Below are positions 57,564-64,000 of a DNA stretch of 64,000 nt, piece by piece. The position numbers and the translations under genes were made by a program. The stretch is from positions 29,761 through 93,760 of the forward strand of contig CAYZIX010000002.1 in NCBI GenBank assembly GCA_964478395.1. The letters are read 5' to 3'. Position 1 is the first letter of the stretch, and each line of letters begins with the position of its first letter. This stretch comes from an uncultured Candidatus Solibacter sp. Lineage in GTDB: Bacteria > Acidobacteriota > Terriglobia > Bryobacterales > Bryobacteraceae. Under the pieces are notes generated by a model. It did not search any database. It worked only from the letters and a program-made list of their open reading frames with translations, and had not been told where the DNA came from.

Positions 57564-58375
57564 GCCGCCCCCCCCGCGCTCTCACCGGGCACCTGAAGGC
57601 GCCGGTCGCCCAGCTTACGGCCCAGACGTTCGGCCAGGCGCTCAATGGAAATGTCCATGTCGAGCTCGCCCGTGGAGGCTATTGAAATGGTGCCGCGCTC
57701 CTCGCTGACCACAATCGCCAGGCAGTCCGCCTCTTCCGTCACGCCGATGGCTGCGCGGTGACGCGTGCCGAGCTTGCGCGACAACTCCGGATTCATGGTA
57801 AGCGGCAGGAAGCAGGCCGCGGCGGCAAGACGGCCACCCTGGACGATCACGGCACCATCGTGCAGCGCGGCACCGGGCTCAAAGATTGCCAACAGCAAGT
57901 CGCGCGTGACACGCGCGTCCAATGGCACGCCGCTTTCAATGAAGGTGCGCAAGCCGATGTCGCGCTCCATGACAATCAGCGCGCCGATGCGCTGCGCAGC
58001 CAGATGGTTGACGGCCAGCAGAATCTCGTCGGTCACTTCGCGCGATTCCAGCTTGGAGCCAATACCGGTCCAGCGGCGCTCGCCGATGCGCGCCAGCAAC
58101 CGCCGGATCTCGCTCTGGAACATCACAATCAGGGCGAAGGCGGTATAAGGGGCGACGGCCTCAAGGATGGTGCGGAGCATGGTCAGGCCGGTCATGACGC
58201 TCATCACATAGATGATCAGCACGACGGCGATGCCTGACAGGATATGGGCGGCGCGGCGTCCGCGGATCAGGACAATGGCCTGATAAAAGAGCACGGCCAC
58301 AAGCAGAATATCGACTGCCGCCGCCCAGGTAAGCTGCGGCATGGCGTTGAGAAGCTCGTTGATGTTGGCTCTCAA
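57560..58375 (-). CDS. cdaA: Diadenylate cyclase CdaA
   Basis: Three TM segments, FQSEIRRLL, LHDGAVI and GTRHRAAIG catalytic motifs, IVVSEERG. Confidence 0.95.
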   Translation of the reverse strand: MRANINELLNAMPQLTWAAAVDILLVAVLFYQAIVLIRGRRAAHILSGIAVVLIIYVMSVMTGLTMLRTILEAVAPYTAFALIVMFQSEIRRLLARIGERRWTGIGSKLESREVTDEILLAVNHLAAQRIGALIVMERDIGLRTFIESGVPLDARVTRDLLLAIFEPGAALHDGAVIVQGGRLAAAACFLPLTMNPELSRKLGTRHRAAIGVTEEADCLAIVVSEERGTISIASTGELDMDISIERLAERLGRKLGDRRLQVPGESAGGAA

Positions 58376-58522
58376 TTCGGCCTTCCTTTACGCGCCCAAT
58401 TCTCTAGTTTAGCCGAGAGGGCACCCGCGCGCCGCTACTGAGATATGATGCAAGGGCGAATAAACGAGTCAAGCGTCCGATTGCCGGCCGCCCGGCTGGT
58501 GGCGCGCTTGGAGCGAGGTACC

Positions 58523-61500
58523 ATGAAACGCATTCTTTGTTTTGCCGTTTTGGCGGCGACGGCGCAAGCTGCCGCAATACGCCCGGTGGAGTTGAAGTGT
58601 GAGTATCGAAACAACCCGGCCGGCATCGACGAAAAGACGCCACGGCTGAGCTGGAGGCTGGCCGCGACCGTGCCTGCGGCGCGCAATCTGAAACAAAGTG
58701 CCTACCGCGTGCTGGCCGCCTCCAGTCCGGCGAAGCTGGCCGCCAGCCAGGGTGACCTGTGGGATTCGGGCAAACAGACCGGCGGCCAGAGTGTGCTGGT
58801 GCCGTGGGCCGGCAAAGCGCTCACCTCCGGCGAGCAGGTGTGGTGGAAGGTGCAGGTGTGGGATCAGGCCGGCGCGTTGGCGCCCTGGAGCGAAACTGCG
58901 CACTGGACCATGGGACTGCTGGAGGCCTCCGACTGGCAAGGCAAATGGATCGGCAAAGAGCCTAAGGACGTTTACAAGAACTCCAACAGCCCGCAGCGCC
59001 AGTTGGAAGGCGCAAGCTGGATCTGGTTTGACGAAGGCGACCCGGCCGTGAAAGCGCCGGCCGAAACGCGCTGGTTCAAGTCGACCGTCACGCTGCCGGC
59101 AAACCGCAAGCTGAAGACCGCCTGGTACGTTTTTGGCGCCGATAACAGCTTTGAGATGACCGTCAACGGCCACTACGCCGGGCGCGGACGCAGTCTGGCG
59201 CTGCCGGCCGTGATCGACATAGCCCCCTGGCTGAAGGCGGGCGAAAACACGATTTCCGTCAAGGCGACGAATTCGAAGGAAGACGCCGCGGGCGCGATTG
59301 GCGCGCTGAAGGTGGAATTTTCCACGGGAGCGCCGCTGGAGTTCAAGACCGGCGCCGGGTGGCAGGCATCGAAGACTGAAACCGGTGACTACACCGCAGT
59401 CAAGGTGCTGGGGCCGTTTGGCATGCAGCCGTGGGGCGAGGTTGGCGTGAAGGAAGAGCAGGCGCTGCCAGCGCGTTACCTGCGCAAAGAATTCAAGGTG
59501 GCGGCCGGCCTGAAGCGCGCCACGGTGTATCTGTCCGGGCTGGGGCTGGGCGAGTTGTACGTGAACGGCGCACGTCCGGACAACGACGTGCTGTCGCCGG
59601 GCCTGACCGACTACTCCAAGCGCACGATGTATGTGACGCGCGACATTACCAAGCTGGTGACGCCGGGCACCAACGCGCTGGGCCTGATTCTGGGCAACGG
59701 CCGCTACTGGCAGGTGCGCGGCCGGCTGCCGGCAGCGACTAAGCTATTGGGTCCGCCCAAGGCGATGGTCCAGATGGTGCTGGAATACGCCAACGGCAAG
59801 ACTGAAACCGTGGTTAGCGACGAAACATGGAAGCTGACCAGCGAAGGCCCACTGGGCGTGAACAACGAGTACGACGGCGAGGACTACGACGCGCGGCGCG
59901 AGATGCCGGGCTGGGCGCGGGCAGGCTTCAAGGATGCGAAGTGGGAGCCGGTGGAGTTGGTTTCTGCTCCGCAGGGGCCACTGGTGGCGCAGATGGCAGA
60001 GCCGTTGAAGGTGATTGAGACGCTCACGCCGAAGACGGTGAAAGAGCTGCGGCCGGGCGTCTTTATCTACGACTTCGGGCAGAACATGGTGGGCTGGTGC
60101 CGTCTGAAGGTGGCCGGGCCGAAGGGCTCGAAGGTGACCATCCGCTTCGCCGAGACGCTGCGGCCGGACGGCTCACTGTATGTGGACAACCTGCGGTCGG
60201 CGCGTTCGATTGACACCTATTGGCTGAAGGGTGGCGCTCCGGAAGTGTGGGAGCCGCGCTTCACCTATCACGGCTTCCGCTTTGTGGAAGTGATCGGGTA
60301 CCCGGGCAAGCCGACGCTGGCTTCGATTGACGGCCGCGTGGTGCATGATGCGATGGAGCGCGCCGGAACGTTTGAGAGTTCCGACGAGATGCTGAACAAG
60401 CTGCATCACAACATTTTCTGGGGTATCCGCGGCAATTACCGCTCGATTCCGACCGACTGCCCGCAGCGCGACGAAAAGCAGGGCTGGCTGGGCGACCGCA
60501 GCGTGGTGTGTGTGAGCGAGAGCTACATGTACGACGTGGCGGCATTCCACACCAAGTGGGAGACCGACATCCGCGACGCACAGCGCGAGTCGGGCTCCAT
60601 TCCGGACGTGGCGCCGGCTTACTGGAGCACCTATAACGACGGCATCGTGTGGCCGAGCACGTTTGTGCTGGTGCCGCACATGCTCTACCGCCAATACGGC
60701 GACACGCGCGTGATTGAACGCAACTATCCGGCCATGCGCAAGTGGATCGAGTACATGAACGGCTTCCTGCAGGACGGCATCATGCCGAAGAACACGTACG
60801 CCGACTGGTGCGTTCCGCCGGAGAAGCCGGACCTGATTCACTCCACCGATCCGACACGCGTCACGCGCGGAGCACTGCTCAGCACGGCATATTACTACCG
60901 CATGCTGGGCCTGATGTCGGACTACGCCAAGTTGATTGGCAAGAGCGCCGACTCCGACGAGTACACGGCGCTGGCCGCCAAGGTGAAACAGGCGTTCCTG
61001 CGTGAATACTACAAGGCGCAGGACGCCATGTTCGACAACGGCACGCAGACATCATCGATTCTGCCGCTGGCCTTCGACATGGTGCCGGACGGAGCGCGCG
61101 ATGCGGTTTTCAACCGCCTGACATCGAAGATTGTGAATGAGAGCAACAGCCATGTGGGCGTCGGCCTGGTAGGCGCGCAGTGGCTGATGCGCGCGCTGTC
61201 GGACAACGGCCGCACGGACCTGGCGCTGACCATCGCCACACAGAAGACCTACCCCGGCTGGGGCTACATGATCGAGCAGGGCGCCACCACGGTGTGGGAG
61301 CTGTGGAACGGCAACACGGCCGACCCAGCCATGAACTCCGGCAACCACGTGATGCAGATCGGCGATCTGGGCATGTGGATGTACGAGTATCTGGCCGGCA
61401 TCCGGCCCGATCCGGCACAACCCGGTTTCCGCCACTTCTTCATTAAGCCGGAGACAGTGAGCTCGCTGTCGTTCGCCAAGGCGTCGCACAAGTCGCCCTA

Positions 61501-61699
61501 CGGCGAGATTAAGAGCGAGTGGAAGCGGACAGCCGGCAAGCTGACGCTGAACGTGACGGTGCCGCCCAATTCGACGGCCACCATCTACGTACCCGGCGCT
61601 GAGGCGACGGAGCAGGGCGGGCTGAAGGCCACGCACACCGAAAAGGGCGCCGTGGTGTTCGAGGCCGGCTCGGGCAACTACACCTTTACGGCGCAGTAA
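58523..61699 (+). CDS. Alpha-L-rhamnosidase GH78
   Basis: Signal peptide; PRLSW, LWDSGK, YDFGQN, PTDCPQRDEKQGWLGD, ATTVWELW, SGNHVM. Confidence 0.94.
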   Translation: MKRILCFAVLAATAQAAAIRPVELKCEYRNNPAGIDEKTPRLSWRLAATVPAARNLKQSAYRVLAASSPAKLAASQGDLWDSGKQTGGQSVLVPWAGKALTSGEQVWWKVQVWDQAGALAPWSETAHWTMGLLEASDWQGKWIGKEPKDVYKNSNSPQRQLEGASWIWFDEGDPAVKAPAETRWFKSTVTLPANRKLKTAWYVFGADNSFEMTVNGHYAGRGRSLALPAVIDIAPWLKAGENTISVKATNSKEDAAGAIGALKVEFSTGAPLEFKTGAGWQASKTETGDYTAVKVLGPFGMQPWGEVGVKEEQALPARYLRKEFKVAAGLKRATVYLSGLGLGELYVNGARPDNDVLSPGLTDYSKRTMYVTRDITKLVTPGTNALGLILGNGRYWQVRGRLPAATKLLGPPKAMVQMVLEYANGKTETVVSDETWKLTSEGPLGVNNEYDGEDYDARREMPGWARAGFKDAKWEPVELVSAPQGPLVAQMAEPLKVIETLTPKTVKELRPGVFIYDFGQNMVGWCRLKVAGPKGSKVTIRFAETLRPDGSLYVDNLRSARSIDTYWLKGGAPEVWEPRFTYHGFRFVEVIGYPGKPTLASIDGRVVHDAMERAGTFESSDEMLNKLHHNIFWGIRGNYRSIPTDCPQRDEKQGWLGDRSVVCVSESYMYDVAAFHTKWETDIRDAQRESGSIPDVAPAYWSTYNDGIVWPSTFVLVPHMLYRQYGDTRVIERNYPAMRKWIEYMNGFLQDGIMPKNTYADWCVPPEKPDLIHSTDPTRVTRGALLSTAYYYRMLGLMSDYAKLIGKSADSDEYTALAAKVKQAFLREYYKAQDAMFDNGTQTSSILPLAFDMVPDGARDAVFNRLTSKIVNESNSHVGVGLVGAQWLMRALSDNGRTDLALTIATQKTYPGWGYMIEQGATTVWELWNGNTADPAMNSGNHVMQIGDLGMWMYEYLAGIRPDPAQPGFRHFFIKPETVSSLSFAKASHKSPYGEIKSEWKRTAGKLTLNVTVPPNSTATIYVPGAEATEQGGLKATHTEKGAVVFEAGSGNYTFTAQ

Positions 61700-61714
61700 G
61701 CGCCGCAAATCGAC

Positions 61715-61755
61715 AAGAAAGGGCCGCTCCGGAACGCTCCGGGGCGGCCTTTTTG
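61715..61755. terminator. Bidirectional intrinsic terminator
   Basis: Stem GGCCGCTCCGGA/TCCGGGGCGGCC with 4-nt loop, flanked by A- and T-tracts, between convergent genes. Confidence 0.88.
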
Positions 61756-61759
61756 TATC

Positions 61760-62374
61760 CTAACGGCGGCCGGCGAGCAGCAAGTAGAGCGGCTCCTCGT
61801 CCTTGGGCAATGGGATCAGTGCGCGCAAACCGGCACCATCCAGGCGGGCCAGGCCCACCGCGCCGAGGCCCAGTGAGGTGGCCTCCAGCAGCCAGTTCTG
61901 GCCGATGTGGCCGGCTTCAATGTCAGCCAGACGCGGCGCCAGCGCACCAAACTCGCGCGTCAGTGAACCAAACCAGGCAGCCAGCAGAAACGCGCACGCG
62001 CAGCTTTCCACGCAGCTCTGGCCACCCGTGGCCAGCAACAAGCGGGCGCGCGGATCGCCCTTGCGCATGAGCGTCAGGCGGCACGATTCAGCGTCCCACC
62101 CGTAACAGCCCGCAGCCAGACCCTCCACATTCATCGCCACCAGGTATCCATGCAACGGGTAGATGGCGCCAGCCGAAGGCGCGGTGCGCAGTCCGCCGGG
62201 TGAAGTAAAGCCCGTCGCGGCCCAGAGCAGGCGCGCCAGTTCGGCCTGGGTGATGGGCTCACCCGTGTAGTCGCGCGTGGAGCGGCGCTGCCGTAGCGAC
62301 TGTTCGAGCGTCATCCCGGAAGAGTCCGGGGCGGGCTTGTAGTCGAGGATCAACGACTGGGGCGGCTTGGGCAT
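61760..62374 (-). CDS. SagB/ThcOx-like nitroreductase-family protein
   Basis: RRSTRDY, LRTAPSAGAIYPL, EAGHIGQN, LGLGAV. Confidence 0.88.
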   Translation of the reverse strand: MPKPPQSLILDYKPAPDSSGMTLEQSLRQRRSTRDYTGEPITQAELARLLWAATGFTSPGGLRTAPSAGAIYPLHGYLVAMNVEGLAAGCYGWDAESCRLTLMRKGDPRARLLLATGGQSCVESCACAFLLAAWFGSLTREFGALAPRLADIEAGHIGQNWLLEATSLGLGAVGLARLDGAGLRALIPLPKDEEPLYLLLAGRR

Positions 62375-62416
62375 CGGGATTGGCCCAGCGTACCAGATTT
62401 ACGGAGTTTCGGGTGT

Positions 62417-62782
62417 TCAACTCCCGGACGGACCAGAGTAGCGGCAGCCGGCCGTGCAGGTTTCACGAACCTCAACCCGCGCCAATGGCGGGAAGACCGG
62501 CTTCAAACGGTCCCAGATCCAGATGGCCAGTTGCTCGCTGGTGGGATTCGCGAGGCCCGGCACTTCGTTCAGGTAATGGTGATCGAGCTGATCGAAAAAC
62601 GGCTGAAAAGCGGCCTTCAGATCAGCGAAATCGACCACCCAGCCGAGATGCGGATCGACGTCTCCGGCAGCCACCAGACGGATCTGAAAGCTGTGGCCAT
62701 GTAAGCGCGAACATTTATGCCCTTCCGGGACATGCGGCAGGCGGTGCGCCGCTTCGATTGCGAACTCCTTGAAGATCTCCAT
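62417..62782 (-). CDS. queD: 6-carboxy-5,6,7,8-tetrahydropterin synthase
   Basis: AAHRLP...CSRLHGH, VDF, LDHHYLN, NPTSE, RET. Confidence 0.95.
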   Translation of the reverse strand: MEIFKEFAIEAAHRLPHVPEGHKCSRLHGHSFQIRLVAAGDVDPHLGWVVDFADLKAAFQPFFDQLDHHYLNEVPGLANPTSEQLAIWIWDRLKPVFPPLARVEVRETCTAGCRYSGPSGS

Positions 62783-62815
62783 ACCAGACGACGAGTAGGA
62801 TAACATTATGGCGGG

Positions 62816-63973
62816 ATGGCAACCATGGAACGAACATCAGCCTGCTTGGCAAAGCTCGATCGGATGAAGAAAACGCTCCGGCACGAAGAGGCCGACCGTG
62901 TGCCCGTAAGCGATTTCTTTTGGGGAGGTTTCTTGCGCCGTTGGCGCGAGGAACTTGGCCTGCCGGAGAGCGTTGATCCCTACACCTACTACGACCTGGA
63001 CTGGCAGGCGACCACGCCGAACATGGACCCGCACATCCGGCCCTTCGAGATGCTGGCCGATAACGAACAAGAGGTGACGGTGCGCACGGGCTTCGGCGCG
63101 GTGATCCGCAAGAAGTTCGATCAGCCCATGCCCGGCTTCGTCAGCTTCGATACCGACACGATGGAGAAGCTGGAGGCGCTCCAGTTTGACTCCGCTTTCG
63201 ACAAGCGGCGCTTTTTCGCGGCCGGCGACAACCAGATTGCCGGCGTCGGCGACGGCTTCCAGCGCAATACCCCGCCCTGGATCGAGACGGTGCGGCGCAT
63301 CCATCCGGATTTCCCGGTGTTCGGCAGCGTCTGCGAGGCGCAGGAGATGCTGTGGCGCATCATCGGCAGCGAGCAGGAGATGTACTGGATGGGCGAATAC
63401 CCGGAGCGGCTTGGCGCGCAGATTCAGCGCGTGGGCGAGTTCAGCGCGCAGTTGGCCGAGGCGCAGATTCAGGCGGCAGACGGCCTGCTGGACGGCATGG
63501 TGATCTGGGGCGACGTCGCCTACAAAAAGGGCATGCTGTTTTCTCCGGCCTACTGGCGGCGCTGGTTCAAGCCGGTGGTCAAGCGGATTGTGGAGGTGTG
63601 CCACGCCGCCGGGTTGCCGGTGATCTACCACGGCTGCGGCAACGCGCAGCGCATCTACGAAGACTTTATCGAGTGCGGCATCGACGCCTATAATCCGCTG
63701 GAGGCCAAGGCGGGGCTCGACGTGGTAACGCTACGCCGCGAATACGGCCACCGGATGGGCTTCTGCGGCAACATGGACGTGATGCTATGGGCGGAGGCGC
63801 CGCTCGACGAGATCCGCGCCACGGTGCTGCGTAAACTGGAAGCGGCGCGCGGCGGAGGCTACATCTTCCAGAGCGACCACTCCGTGCCGACGAACATCTC
63901 GGTCGAGCGCTACGGCTATGTCGTCAATCTGGTGCGCGAGTTCGGCAAATATCCATTGCGTCTGCCGGCGTGA
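62816..63973 (+). CDS. Uroporphyrinogen decarboxylase / MtaA-CmuA family protein
   Basis: [49 protein letters not shown]. Confidence 0.85.
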   Translation: MATMERTSACLAKLDRMKKTLRHEEADRVPVSDFFWGGFLRRWREELGLPESVDPYTYYDLDWQATTPNMDPHIRPFEMLADNEQEVTVRTGFGAVIRKKFDQPMPGFVSFDTDTMEKLEALQFDSAFDKRRFFAAGDNQIAGVGDGFQRNTPPWIETVRRIHPDFPVFGSVCEAQEMLWRIIGSEQEMYWMGEYPERLGAQIQRVGEFSAQLAEAQIQAADGLLDGMVIWGDVAYKKGMLFSPAYWRRWFKPVVKRIVEVCHAAGLPVIYHGCGNAQRIYEDFIECGIDAYNPLEAKAGLDVVTLRREYGHRMGFCGNMDVMLWAEAPLDEIRATVLRKLEAARGGGYIFQSDHSVPTNISVERYGYVVNLVREFGKYPLRLPA

Positions 63974-64000
63974 CGGGCTATGCTCCCCTCAGAACGGAGG

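Noticed and set aside
58376-58522. c-di-AMP (ydaO) riboswitch upstream of cdaA
   Set aside because: No recognisable conserved ydaO elements; the region reads as divergent promoters.
61760-62374. RiPP (azole) biosynthetic cluster suggested by the SagB-like gene
   Set aside because: No YcaO, E1-like protein, precursor peptide or transporter nearby; likely a stand-alone nitroreductase.

Overview
High-GC (~65%) chromosomal window, most likely from an acidobacterium (Bryobacterales/Solibacter-like). This is inferred from the duplicated ADOP-type ABC permeases, a PEP-CTERM protein, an AroD-AroE fusion and a GAFTDA-type sigma54 activator. Most of it is housekeeping and envelope genes (yggS, tol-pal-cpoB, aroDE, aroB, cmk, aspartokinase, ppiD, lysS, lolC/E, nadB, ubiE/menG, cdaA-cdaR-glmM, queD), interspersed with carbohydrate-active enzymes (GH29, GH59, GH78, an SGNH-pectinesterase fusion, DUF1080) and a MacAB-like efflux operon with an embedded sigma54 two-component system. 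Accessory DNA comprises a lone low-GC OLD-family ATPase-TOPRIM nuclease (5.3-7.0 kb) and a mosaic island (~44.3-48.6 kb). The island holds a collagen-like surface protein, REP-like hairpins, a wHTH + nucleoside-2-deoxyribosyltransferase/TIR-like protein and a YefM antitoxin whose YoeB partner is truncated. The best candidates for undescribed biology are: (i) the solo wHTH-NDT-like putative defence effector; (ii) a run downstream of tol-pal in which two intact but catalytically stripped enzymes (DeoC-like and amidase-like) plus a tiny Tat-signal-like partner flank aroDE; (iii) a Pal carrying an extra Ig-like spacer, paired with a short TolA; (iv) a NucS/RecB-like nuclease sharing a palindromic bidirectional -10 box with yggS. 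No rRNA, tRNA, CRISPR array, integrase or intact transposase was seen. All family assignments come from motif recognition by eye, not from database searches.
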